This document shows positions 1 to 12,162 of a stretch of 64,000 bases of DNA, one piece after another. This DNA is from Squalus acanthias (lineage: Eukaryota). The DNA is taken from assembly GCA_030390025.1 (NCBI GenBank), contig CM059425.1, positions 177,322,001 to 177,386,000 of the forward strand, given 5' to 3'. A program made the position numbers and the translations under genes. The notes below the pieces were generated by a model. It was not told the DNA's origin. It made no database searches and saw only the letters and a program-made list of their open reading frames with translations. Position 1 is the stretch's first letter, and every line of letters starts with the position of its first letter.

Positions 1-644
1 CCAACCGGGTAATATTGGGCCACCGCGACCAAAGAAAACCAACTCGGGAGAAAACCGAAGATTCGCAAGTTTTCCACTCTGCAATCTATTCCTGACTTAC
101 CCCTGGGTAAGAATTTTACTTAAAAGACTCTAAACCCTTTTTCTAACAGCAGAAAAGTGGGTACTCACCCGATAAATCCAATACGCAACCTACCGCATCA
201 GCGGACTCGCGAAGACTGACCAGATACGCAGTCAAAGTCCTCTACCGCGTCCGGGGTATGGCAGGCACCAACCAACACACCCAGCGATACCCGAAACCGC
301 GAACCAGCTCAACTGTCAAGGATTTGTTTGGTGAGCATTATCCCTGGTCCTCTCGACCCCAACTTAGCTAGTAAAGTGGGATTGGGAGGAGTGAGGTATT
401 TTTCTACTGTAATTTCCCTCGTGTGTATCGAAGTGTTCCCCATTTTATTAGACTGTTAAGATTATTGTGTTATATTTTCTCTTTTGAATAAAGATCAAAG
501 TTTCTTGCAACAAAACCAGTTGTCTGCTGCACTTTTTTTGTCACAACCCCAAAATAAGTCCAAGGTCTAGAACCAAGGGAGTGGGAGCGATTCGAACCAC
601 TTATAAGTCAGAGGTGAAGCTGACACACACCACCACCCCCTACA
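1..644 (+). mobile_element. 3' part of an LTR (probable solo LTR; 5' end outside the window)
   Basis: AATAAA at 487-492 followed by a U5-like region ending CCCCCTACA at 644. The CCCTACA end matches the TSD-confirmed LTRs at 27927 and 37409. Confidence 0.55.
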
Positions 645-665
645 TGCAAATGAGCTCATTGTACT

Positions 666-2169
666 TTATTTTTTTATTTTTTTTTATTTGTTTATGGGAT
701 CTGGGCGTCACTGGCAATGCCAGCATTTATTGCCCATCCCTAGTTGCCCTTGAGAAGGTGGTGGTGAGCCATCTTCTTGAACTGCTGCAGTCCGTGTGGT
801 GAAGGTACTCCCACAGTGCTATTAGGGAGGGAGTTCCAGGATTTTGACCCAGCGACGATGAAGGATCGGCGATATACTTCTAAGTCAGGATGGTGTGTGA
901 CTTGGAGGGGAACTTGGAGGTGGTGGTGTTCCCATGCGCCTGCTGCCCTTGTCCTTCTAGGTGGAAGAGGTCGCGGGTTTGGGAGGTGCTGCAGAAGAAG
1001 CCTTGGCGAGTTGCTGCAGTGCATCTTGTAGATGGTACACACTGCAGCCACGGTACGCCGGTGGTGGAGGGAGTGAATGTTTAAGTTGGTGGATGAGGTG
1101 CCAATCAAGTGGGCTGCTTTGTCCTGGATGGTGTTGAGCTTCGTGAGTGTTGTTGGAGCTGCACTCATCCAGGCAAGTGGAGAGTATTCCATCACGCTCA
1201 TTACTTGTGCCTTGTAGATGGTGGAAAGGCTTTGGGGAGTCAGGAGGTGAGACACTCGCCGCAGAATACCTAGCCTCTGACCTGCTCTTGTTGCCACAGT
1301 ATTTATGTGGCTGGTCCAGTTAAGTTTCTGGTTAATGGTGACCCCGAGGATGTTGATAGTGGGGGATTCGGCGATGGTAATGCCATTGAATGTCAAGGGA
1401 AGGTGGTTAGACTCTCGCTTGCTGGAGATAGTCATTGCCTGGCACTTCTGTGGCGCGAATGTTACCTTCCACTTATCAGCCCAAGCTTGAACGTCGTCCA
1501 GGTCTTGTTGCATGCGGGCATGGACTGCTTCATTATCTGTGGAGTTGCGAATGGCACTGAACACTGTGCAGTCATCAGCGACCATCCCCATTTCTGACCT
1601 TATGTTGGAGGGAAGGTCATTGATGAAGCAGCTGAAGATGGTTGGGCCTAGGACACTGCCCTGAGAAACTCCTGCAGCGATGTCCTGGGGCTGTGATGAT
1701 TGACCTTCAACCACCACAACCATCTTCCATTGTGCTAGGTATGACTCCAGCCAGTGGAGCGTTTTCCCCCTGATTCCCATTGACTTCAGTTTTACTAGGG
1801 CTCCTTGATGCCAGACTCGGTCAAATGCTGCCTTGATGTCAAGGGCAGTCACTCTCACCTCACCTCTGGAATTCAGCTCCTTTGTCCATATTTGGACCAA
1901 GGCTGTAATGAGGTCGGGAGCCGAGTGGTCTTGGCGGAACACAAACTGGGCATCAGTGAGCAGGTTATTGGTGAGTAAGTACCGCTTGATAGCACTGTCG
2001 ATGACACCTTCCATCACTTTGCTGATGATTGAGAGTAGGCTGATGGGGCGGTAATTGGCCAGGTTGGATTTGTCCTGCTTTTTGTGGACAGGACATACGT
2101 GGGCAGTTTTCCACATTGTCGGATAGATGCCAGTGTTGTAGCTGTACTGGAACAGCTTGGCTAGAGGCG
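666..2169 (-). mobile_element. 5'-truncated non-LTR retrotransposon (CR1/L2-related, A-rich tail), RT domain
   Basis: ORF 740-2116 has RT motifs NYRPISLL, DIKAAFDRVWH, QGSVLGP and ADD. T-rich tract at 666-690 is the minus-strand tail. Near-identical to 61637-63128. Confidence 0.9.
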
Positions 2170-2914
2170 CATAGGAGCAGTTGGTACTTTACTCAAATTA
2201 GAAACAATTTGAAGATGGTAATATCCTCATCCAATCTCCCAGGGTTGGAGCTGTCTATTGGTGTTTATAATTCCTTCTTATGTAAGGTTTAAGAAAAAGG
2301 GCACAGAAACCCTTGGGCATAAGTACTGGGATGTGCCCAACCGTGACCTCTGCCACTGACCTCCCCAAAGTTCATGGGTCAGGAGGAGGTCACTTCATTT
2401 AGAAAATATAAGTGGGCACTCATGCCTTAAGGGACATATCTTGGATGCCCACCTGCCACAGGAGGCTGAAAAATGCAGTGAGCAGTGTCAGATCTGGTGG
2501 CGGTGCTGCACCCTCACCCAGAGAGAGTATGTAGTGTCCCCCTCAATTCCCTTTGTTAGGGGCCAAAATTTACTTTCTTCTATCTTAGACTGCGTTCCTT
2601 GATTTGGACCACCAAGTTGAGTCCCACATCCACTATTGGGTGGTCTGGTAGGCTTAGTCCTACTCAGCATACTGAACCACAGCTCTTCTTCCAGGCCACA
2701 AAAGCGATAACTCTGGGCCTCAATGTCCCTACGCTGGACAATGTCCCTTCCTGCTCCACAGGTCTTGTTTAGGATGGGTAGAGGCTCTGCCCCTTACAAG
2801 GACCTTTGGAAACTCCCCAGATAGGTAGTGATCTACAGCCACTTGGTCCTGGCCTAAGGCGCAACCCATTCCCCACTCTTTCCGTAGATTTGTAGTGGGA
2901 GTGTGCTGGAAGGC

Positions 2915-3612
2915 ATCCCATTTGACCTTGAGCTGAGCTTCCGTCCCCATATCCTCTCCATGACCAAGACCGTCTACTTTCACCTCCGTAATATCGCCCG
3001 TCACTGCCCTGTCTCAGCCCTTCTGCTGCTGAAACCCATATCCATGCTTTTGTTATCTCCAGACTTGACCATGCCAATGCTCTTCTGGCCGTCCTTCCAT
3101 CTTCCACCCTGCGTAAACTTGAGCTCATCCAAACTCTGCTGTTCGTATCCTGACTCACACCAAGTCCCGTTCATCCATCATTCCTGTGCTCACTGACCTA
3201 CATTGACTGCCAGTCTGGCAATGCCTTGCTATCAAAATTCTCATCCTTGTTTTCAAATCCCTCCATGGCCCTGGCTCTCCCTATCTCCGTAACCTCCTAC
3301 AACCCTGCAAGAACTCTGCATTCCTGCAATTCTGGCTCTTGTGCATCCCCGATTTTAATTGCTCCACCATTGGTGGCCGTGCCTTCAGCTGTCCAGGCCC
3401 TAAGCTCTGGAATTCCCTCCCTAAACCTCTCCACCTCTCTACCTCTGTTTCCTCCTTTAAGAAACTCCTTAAAACCTACCTCTTTGACCAAGTCACCTGT
3501 CTTAATATCTCCTTATGTGGCTTAATGCCAAATTTTATCCAACAACTCTCCTGTGAAGCATCTTGGGACATTTTGCCATGTTAAAGACGTTATATAAATA
3601 CAAGTTGTTGTT
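2915..3612 (+). mobile_element. L2 LINE 3' fragment, degenerate
   Basis: FDLELSFRPHI...YFHLRNIAR and GGRAFS..GPKLWNSLP..FKKLLKTYLF; ends TATATAAATACAAG(TTG)n. Paralogous to 6625-7468. Confidence 0.85.
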
Positions 3613-3947
3613 GAATGGCTGAGGATTTTTGCCCCCAAATTCTTTTACTAAATTATTATTATAAACCAATGCAACTTAATTTAGTAATTTTCCCTGACCT
3701 GTACACTCACAAGAAATATAGCCTTCTACAGCATCTGAAACGGGGTGCCTTCCTTATGATGATGAGGTGGGGGGAGGGGGGTGAATTTGCTAGGGGCTTT
3801 TCCTGAAGTTCAGCAGATATCTTTTTTACACATGTGAACCGGGTTTCTGCTGAACTTCCATCCAAGTTATGGCAGTAGAGTCATCATCCTGATATAATTT
3901 TGGACCCAACCCTTGCACTCATTCATGCCCCCAATAGTCAGACATGG

Positions 3948-4484
3948 TGTAAGACATGTGGAATTACCCCTAGCCCCGTCCAACAGGTTATAGATTTCAG
4001 ACTTGAGACTTATGAGAAATTACACCAGACACAGCGGTTCTGTCTTTAACCTTTTATTGTTCCTAAGACAGATTCAAAACCCCAAACACTATTCAAGCAG
4101 TTCACCAATAATATTACAGGAAATCATTCATACAACCACCCGCAGGTGATCAGTCCAGCGTTGATTGTAGGCCACGTCCTTTCGACTGCAGCTCTTCGAT
4201 TTGAGATGATCAGCCAGGCCCCTCCTTCCAACTGCAGTGCCGATATTTTTAGTCACTGGTTTTTATACAGTTTTTCTTGCCTTTTTCAGTAAATCAATCA
4301 TTCAGAGATGGTGAGATGTTCCTTTAATGTTCGACCTGAGTTGTTTGAGCTGTCAAACTTTCACACTCACACATCCTGTGTGGCTATCCATTAGTTGCCT
4401 TTATCAAAGCCCAAAATTGTTCTTTCACTCATAAAAGTTTACAAAAGTGGCAGAAAGCCACTTGGTCACATTTCATGTGTTACA
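3948..4484 (-). mobile_element. Possible solo LTR or short TIR element
   Basis: Ends TGTAAGACATG...CATGTGTTACA (TG..CA, 11-bp imperfect inverted ends). Minus-strand AATAAA near 4055 and TATAAAA near 4265. No TSD found. Confidence 0.35.
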
Positions 4485-4570
4485 TCGCATCCTGCATTTC
4501 AAAACTTGAAAGGTTTGACTCCTCCCCTTTAGCCACCAAAAATTGTAGCCTAGTTTGTTGTAGACACGAA

Positions 4571-5447
4571 GGCCATGATTTTCTGCTTCGAGGCGGCTTG
4601 GGAGCAGGTCAGCTGCCTTCCGGGTTCCAGTCCCGCCTCCAACTACATCCGGCCCACAGACGTAATTTTACGTCAATTGGCCTTGTTAAGCCTACCCTGT
4701 GGGCTTGCCGGCCAATTAAGAGGAAGCCGATGTCAGATTACGTCATTTAATGATGCGTCATCTGCCGGTTTTCTTAAAGGGACCACGCACAATTTTTTTG
4801 ACAGTTGATTTTTTGGTGTTTGACAGCATTGAGGTGCTGCAAACACTGACAAACACTGTACAAAGGTGAGCTCTTGCACCCAGGCTCTCCAGTGACTCAC
4901 TCCTTAGGCTAGAACAGATGGCAGCTGCAGGTGAGGTTACAGAAGCGAATCTGTCACTGGCGAGAGTGGTTCTCCCTATGAGGTGGGACTACACATACAA
5001 TTCAAAACTTGTTACCTACAGAAAAGTCTAAATGCATTAAAATGAATTTCCCAACATTTTCTTACCTCTGAAACTCACCAGTTCACCATTGGATCCTTCA
5101 CACCACTTCTGCAGCTGTCATCAATGCATAAACATTACAGCAGACTCACAACACGCCACACTTACCCTGGCGTGGTGTCCGGACGTCGGGAAGCCCGCAG
5201 TAGAAGTGTCAAAATTGGAAAAAGCCTGTTAACTGCCTGTTAACAACCTGTTAACAAGCAGTTAAGTGGCTATAATCCTCTTCCCGCTGCTAGGTGTCGG
5301 GTCTGTGCACAAATCGGGGACTTGACACTTGGGAAGATTGATTGGAGGCGGGTTGACAGCGGGTTTCCGACCCGCTGTCAATCTTTGCAATTTTGCCGGA
5401 TCTTCCACCTCCAAACCCGTCCCCTGAGCGGCGGCAAAATTCCGTCC
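4571..5447. mobile_element. Non-autonomous PIF/Harbinger-type element
   Basis: Imperfect TIRs GGCCATGATTTT / AAAATTCCGTCC; 3-bp TSD GAA on both sides. Confidence 0.7.
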
Positions 5448-5883
5448 GAAGTCTGCAAATCTAAGGGGGTTTGTTTATCTCTGTTGTCTATGACTACTCC
5501 CTGCAGTCACCACCATTTGTTCTGTCAGTATCTGCTTATCCGAAACACAGCTCTTGAAATATCTCCATCACAAAGCAGCTTCCAAATACAACAATTCCTT
5601 TTGAAAGCACATTTGCTCCAAATGTTTGCTGCCTTTTAGTAAAGCACATTGAAGCATATTCCATGTCCACTTATCAGTGAAAGACCGTCTGTTACAACTT
5701 TATTTCACTTCGAAAAATCCTTTTGGCCTGGCAAAGCATTTTAATATATACCAAAATTAAAAATTAAGGGTCTGTGTATGCCTACAATGGCCCTGAGCAT
5801 AAACTCCATCCGGCTCTATCAAGCTGCAGCCTGACATGAAATACAAGAGGTGCTAGTGTATTTTCCTTTCTCTTAACATATTA

Positions 5884-6355
5884 AGAAAGAAAAAAAGGCA
5901 TTTCTATAATGCCTTTCACAACCACCAGACCTCCCAAAGTGCTTTACAGCCAATTAAGTACTTGTTTGAAATGTAGTCACTGTTGTAATGTAGGAAACAC
6001 GACAGCCAATTTGCGCTCAGCAAGCTCCCACAAGCAGCATTCTGATAATGACCAGATAATCTATTTTAGTGATGTTGATTGAGGAATAAATATTGGCCAG
6101 GACAGCAGAGATAACTCCCCTGCTCTTCTTCAAAATAGTGCCATGGGATCGTTTACATCCACTTGAGAAAGCAGACAGGGCCTCAGCTTAACATCTCATC
6201 CAAAAGACAGCACCTCCGACAGTGCAGCACTCCCTCAGTACTGCACTGGAGCGTCAGCCTAGATTTTTTTGTGCTCAAGTGTTTGGAGCGGGACTTGAAC
6301 CCACAACCTCCTGACGCAGAAGCGAGAGTGCTACCCGCTGAGCCACAGCTGATAC
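5884..6355 (-). mobile_element. tRNA-derived DeuSINE (SacSINE1-like), full length
   Basis: Minus-strand A box TGGCTCAGCGGG and B box GGTTCAAGTCCC. Deu-domain-like core (CCATGGGATC...GGGCCTCAG..TAACATCTCATCCAAAAGACAGCACCTCC) and an L2-like 3' tail. Confidence 0.8.
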
Positions 6356-6463
6356 TAAGTAAGATATATTTATAGCAAACTTCTGCTGAAATCCCTCATA
6401 CTGCAAATCACACTGTCAGTCACATAACTTGACATAGCCTTCTTTTAAAATACATTGTACAGA

Positions 6464-7962
6464 GGCCTTGATATTTATGGTGAGGTGGGGAGGGTGCAGG
6501 GAAGCACGAAAATTCAAGGGGATGCCTGGCAAAGCCACGGATGCGGAGGTCCTGCCGAATGTAATGGCAGGATCTCATTATAATTTTTTCCTTCAATTAA
6601 ATTTTCTTTAAATTTTCTCCAATTAAATATTGGGAAGACCGAAGTGATTGTTTTCGCCACAAACTCAATTCCCTAGCCACTGACTCCATCCCTCTCCCTA
6701 ACATCTGTCTGATGCTGAATCACACTGTTCGCAACCTTGGTGTCATATTTGACCCTGAAATGAGCTTCCGACCACATATCTGCAGCATAACTAAGACCGC
6801 CTATTTCCACTTCCGTAGCATCGTCCGTCTCCGCCCTTGCCTCAGCTCATCTGCTGCTGAAACCCTCATCCATGCCTTTGTTACCTCTAGACTTCACTAT
6901 TCCAACACACTCCTGGCTGGCCTCCCACATTCTACCCTACGTAAACTTGAGGTCATCCAAAACTCGGCTGCCCGTGTCCTAACTCGGACCAAGTCCCGTT
7001 CACCCATCACCCATGTGCTCACTGACCTACATTGGCTCCCGGTTAAGCAGCGCCTCGATTTCAAAAATCTCATCCTAGTTTTCAAATCCCTCCATGGCCA
7101 CTCCCCTTCCTATCTCTGTAATCTCCTCCAGCCCCACAACCACCCGAGATATCTGCGCTCCTCTAATTCTGCCCTCTTGAGCATCCCTGATTATAATCGC
7201 TCAACCATTGGTGGCCGTGCCTTCTGTTGCCTAGGCCCTAAGCTCTGGAATTCCCTGCCTAAACCTCTTCGCCTCTCTACCTCTCTTTCCTCCTTTAAGA
7301 CGCTCCTTAAAACCTACCTCTTTGACCAAGCTTTTGGTCACCTGCCCTAATTTCTCCTTATGTGGCTCGGTGTCAATTTTTTTTTGTCTTATAATGCTCC
7401 TGTGAAGCACCTTGGGACATTTTACTACGTTAAAGGCAGAATATAAATACAAGTTGTTGTTGTTGTTGATCTGTTTCCTGCCCAGCAGCTGGCCAAATTG
7501 ATAGGCAGGACACCACAGGCGGGGACGGCCCCCGGCAATCGGGTGGGAGGGAGCTACGGATCGGGGCTTGTGGGGGTGGGGGGGGTCGCCGATTGTAGCA
7601 GTGGGGAGAGAGAGGCCGAAGGCTTCCTTGAGGGGCTTGGGGGAGTACTCCTGCTCCTCCTGAGCCACAAGGAGAGCTATAAAAAGCACTTACATTCTGG
7701 AGCCAGCAGCTCCCGTCTCCATTTCACTGCCGTGTTTCCCGAGCCCTGGGAAACCAATTGCAGTGTGGGGGCCTGATTTAAATATGTTAGTGAAGGGCCC
7801 TGCCTCTCGAGGGTGGAAGACTCGCACAGCACGCTACCCACTGCCGTAGAAATGGCAACAGGTGCGGAAGCAGCGGGTTGGGCCCGCATTCCACATTTTA
7901 AACTTTTTAACCCATCCCCTGACAAATCTTCCACCCATCGTGGGGGGTTTAATATCGAGGCC
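6464..7962. mobile_element. Harbinger-type MITE interrupted by an L2 insertion
   Basis: TIRs GGCCTTGATATT / AATATCGAGGCC; interior similar to 24425-25188. TSD not preserved. Confidence 0.65.
6625..7468 (+). mobile_element. L2 LINE 3' fragment (ORF2 C-terminus, 6712-7350)
   Basis: VRNLGVIFD, LIHAFVTSRL.Y.N, QNSAARVLT, LHWLPV, FKTLLKTYLF; (TTG)n tail. Confidence 0.92.
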
Positions 7963-9074
7963 ATTGACTCATAAAGTTAGGCGTGCTAACAAACAATGCC
8001 GTGTGATGTAACTGCTCATCATGCTTCAACTGTGCACTCATCATACCATCATACATTTCAGCTGAACCTTTAACTTAACTAAACTCGGAAGTGCACAAAG
8101 CTGCTGTGTCCAAATTATGACTTTTCTGCCCAATAAGGAGAGTGAAAAATATGTGATGAAGTACCCACACAATCAAATGAATGAAGCTTCAGTGTGCGAA
8201 CATGTTTCACACAATGGATGCTTAGAGTCACAATAATTCTCTCTTTATTTGGGCAGTTTGGCATATTCATCAAACAGAGTAGCTTCTCGTACATTTGTTT
8301 GAAAGGAATCATAGGTTTATTTTTACAAAATTGTGGGAGCACGCACCCGAATTCCCGAAGTGCGCTCCCAGTGGGTGAAGCCCCCTGCTGAGAGCACAAT
8401 TTCATAATATTCCCCGGGTATTACCAACTGGAGCTGACGATTTTGTATACCGCATTCTGGCATTGTTCCCTGTGTATACTCACGAGCAGCAGAATGGGTA
8501 CATGATGAACTTTGGGCTGTGACATAGTAAAGAATAGCTAGTGGAGAGTGCAGAAAGGAAGGGTTGAGGCCATAGAAGGTTCAGCACTGTGTCTACCAGT
8601 GGCTGCGGACCAAGAAACCGAAGCACAAAACATTCATCAAGGAGTTGTATTGGTTGGTGTGAGAAGATCTGCAGCGAAGATCAACAAAAGCAACAACCTG
8701 TCAGTGGAAGTTAAGGCATCCACTCTACTGAACAACTGCACCACCTGCAGCTTCCAAGCACCCACTGGAGATTTGAGATGGATCAGCTGCTTTGCAGTGA
8801 ACTGCTACATTTAAAATGTGACTGCAACTCACTACTAGAAGATCATAAGAACATAAGAAATAGGAGCAGGAGTAGGCCATTTGGCCCTTCGAGCCTGCTC
8901 CGCCATTCAACAAGATCATGGTTGATCTTCTACCTCAACTCCACCTTCCTGCACTATTCCCTATCCCTTAATTCCCAAAAATTTATCGACCTCTGTCTTG
9001 AATATACTCAACGACTGAGCATCCACAGCTCTCTGGGATAGAGAATTCCAAAGATTCACAACCCTTTGAGTGAA

Positions 9075-9904
9075 ATGCGAAACTAGGGTCAAAAATCTAA
9101 ACAAAGGAAACTACGAAGGTATGAGGAGTTATCCACTTCGGTAGGAAAAACAGAAAGGTAGAGTATTATTTAAATGGTGATAGATTGGGAAATGTTGATG
9201 TACACCAGTCACTGAAAGCAAACATGCAGGTGCAGCAAGCAGTTAGGAAGGCAAATGGTATGTTGGCCTTCAGTGCAAGAGGATTTGAGTACAGGAGCAA
9301 GGATGTCTTACTACAGTTGTACAGGGCCTTGGTGAGACCACACCTGGAGTACTGTATGCAGTTTTGGTCTCCTTACCTAAGAAAGGATATACTTGCCATA
9401 GAGGGAGTGCAGCGAATGTTCACCAAACTGATTCCTGGGATGGCAGGACTGTCATATGAGGAGAGATTGGGTCGACTAGGCCTGTATTCACTAGAGTTTA
9501 GAAGAATGAGAGGGGATCTCATTGAAACGTATAAAATTCTGACAGGGCTAGACAGATTGGATGCAGGGAGGATGTTTCCCCTGGCTGGGGGGTCCAGAAC
9601 GAGGGGTCACAGTCTCAGGATACGGGGTAGGACATTTAGGACTGAGATGAGGAGAAATTTCTTCACTCAGAGGGTGGTGAACCTGTGGAATTCTCTCCAC
9701 AGAAGGCTGTGGAGACCAAGTCACTGAATATATTTAAGAAGGCGATAGATAGATAGATTTCTAGACACAAAAGGCATCAAGGGGTATGGGGAGAGAGCGG
9801 GAATATGGTATTGAGTTAGATGATCAGCCATGATCATATTGAATGGCGGAGCAGGATTGAAGGGCCGAATGGTCTACTCCTGTTCTTATGTTTCTATGCT
9901 TCTA
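9075..9904 (+). mobile_element. CR1 copy with internal deletions, inserted antisense into the older CR1
   Basis: ORF 9185-9727 is the CR1 ORF2 C-terminus; TTCTATG tail; TSD TGAA (9071-9074 / 9905-9908). Confidence 0.88.
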
Positions 9905-10365
9905 TGAAGAACTTTCTCCTCATCTCAGTCCTAAATGGCCGACCTCTTATTCTGTGACTGTGAACCCGTGTTCTTGATTCCCCAGCCAGGGGAAACATTT
10001 TCCCAGCATTAACCCTGTCAAGACCCTTAAGAATTTTATATGCTTCAATCAGATCACCTCTCATTCTTCAAAACTCAAAGGAATATAGGCCTAGTCTACT
10101 CAATCTCTCCTCAGAGGGCAATCTCCTCATCCGAGGAACCAGTCTAGTGAACCTTCGCTGCACTCCCTCTAAGGCAATTATGTCTTTCATAAGGTAAGGA
10201 GACCAGAACTGTACACAGTACCCCTGGCCTCACCAATGCCCTGTATAATTGTAGTAAGACTTATTTACTCTTACACTCTAATACTTTGTAACAAAAGCTA
10301 ACATAACATTTGCTTTCCTAATTGCTTGCTGTACCTGCATGTTAACTTTCTGTGATTCATGTACA

Positions 10366-12162
10366 GTGAGAAATGGGAGAATTTATAATGGGGAACAAGG
10401 AAATGGCAGGGCAATTAAACAAATGCTTTGGTTCTGTCTTCACGGAAGAGGACACAAATAACTTCCCAGAAATGCTAGGGAACCAAGGGTCTAGTGAGAA
10501 GGAGGAATTAAAGGATATTAGTATTATTAAAAAAATAGTGCTGGAGAAATTAATGGGACTGAAAGCCGATAAATCCCCAGGGCCTGATAATCTGCATCCT
10601 AGAGTACTAAAAGAGGTAGCCATGGAAATAGTGGATGCATTGGTTGTCATCCTCCAAAATTCGATAGATTATGGAACAGTTCCTGCAGATTGGAGGGTGG
10701 CAAATGTAACCCCACTATTTAAAAAAGGAGGGAGAGAGAAAACAGGGAACTACAGACCGGTTAGCCTAACATCAGTAGTAGGGAAAATGCTAGAGTCTAT
10801 TATAAAGGATGTGATAACAGGACACTTAGAAACTATCAATGGGATTAGACGAAGTCAACATGGATTTAGGAAAGGGAAATCGTGTTTGACAAACCTACTG
10901 GAGTTTTTTGAGGATGTAACTGGTAGAATAGATAAGGGAGAACCAGTGGATGTGGTGTATTTGGATTTTCAGAAGGCCTTTGATAAAGTCCCACATAAGA
11001 GGTTAGTGTGCAAAATTAAAGCACATGGGATTGGGGGTAATATACTGGCATGGATTGAAAATTGGTTAACAGAGAGGAAACAGAGAGTAGGAATAAATGG
11101 GTCTTTTTCGGGATGGCAGGCGGTGACTAGTGGGGTACCGCAGGGATCAGTGCTTGGACCATTCAATGCTATTCACAATATATATCAATGCTTTGGATGG
11201 GGGAACCAAATGTAATATTTCCAAGTTTGCTGACGACACAAAACTAGGTGGGATTTTGAGTTGTGAGGAGGATGCAAAGAGGCTTCAAGGCGATTTAGAG
11301 AAGTTGAGTGAGTGGGCAAATACATGGCAGATGCAGTATAACGTGGATAAATGTGAAGTTATCCACTTCGGTAGGAAAAACAGAAAGGCAGAGTATTATT
11401 TAAATGGTGATAGATTGGGAAATGTTGATGTACAAAGGGACCTGGGTGTCCTTGTACACCAGTCACTGAAAGCAAACATGCAGGTGCAGCAAGAAGTTAG
11501 GAAGGCAAATGGTATGTTGGCTTTCATTACAAGAGGATTTGAGTATAGGGGCAAGGATGTCTTACTACAGTTGTACAGGGCCTTGGTGAAACCACACCTG
11601 GAGTACTGTGTGCAGTTTTGGTCTCCTTCCCTAAGAAAGGATATACTTGCCATAGAGGGAGTGCAGCGAATGTTCACCAAACTGATTCCTGGGATGGCAG
11701 GACTGTCATATGAGGAGAGATTGGGTCAACTAGGCCTGTATTCACTAGAGTTTAGAAGAATGAGAGGGGATCTCATTGAAATGTATAAAATTCTGACAGG
11801 ACTAGACAGACTGGATGCAGGGACGATGTTTCCCCTGGCTGGGGGGTCCAGAACGAGGGGTCACAGTCTCAGGATACGGGGTAGGACATTTAGGACTGAG
11901 ATGAGGAGAAATTTTTTCACTCAGAGGGTGGTGAACCTGTGGAATTCTCTATCACAGAAGGCTGTGGAGGCCAAGTCACTGAATATATTTAAGAAGGAGA
12001 TAGATAGATTTCTAGACACAAAAGGCATCAAGGGGTATGGGGAGAGAGCAGGAATATGGTATTGAGATAGAGGATCAGCCATGATCATATTGAATGGCAG
12101 AGCAGGCTCGAAGGGCTGAATGGCCTACTCCTGCTCCTATTTTTCTATTTTTCTATGTGTCT
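10366..12162 (+). mobile_element. 5'-truncated CR1 (RT, one frameshift near 11160), inserted antisense into the older CR1
   Basis: ORFs 10373-11215 and 11130-12065 ([30 protein letters not shown]); TSD ATGTACA (10359-10365 / 12163-12169). Confidence 0.93.

Noticed and set aside
6280..6355. tRNA gene
   Set aside because: The A/B boxes are the head of a SINE that continues into the Deu core; the same applies at 33600-33678.
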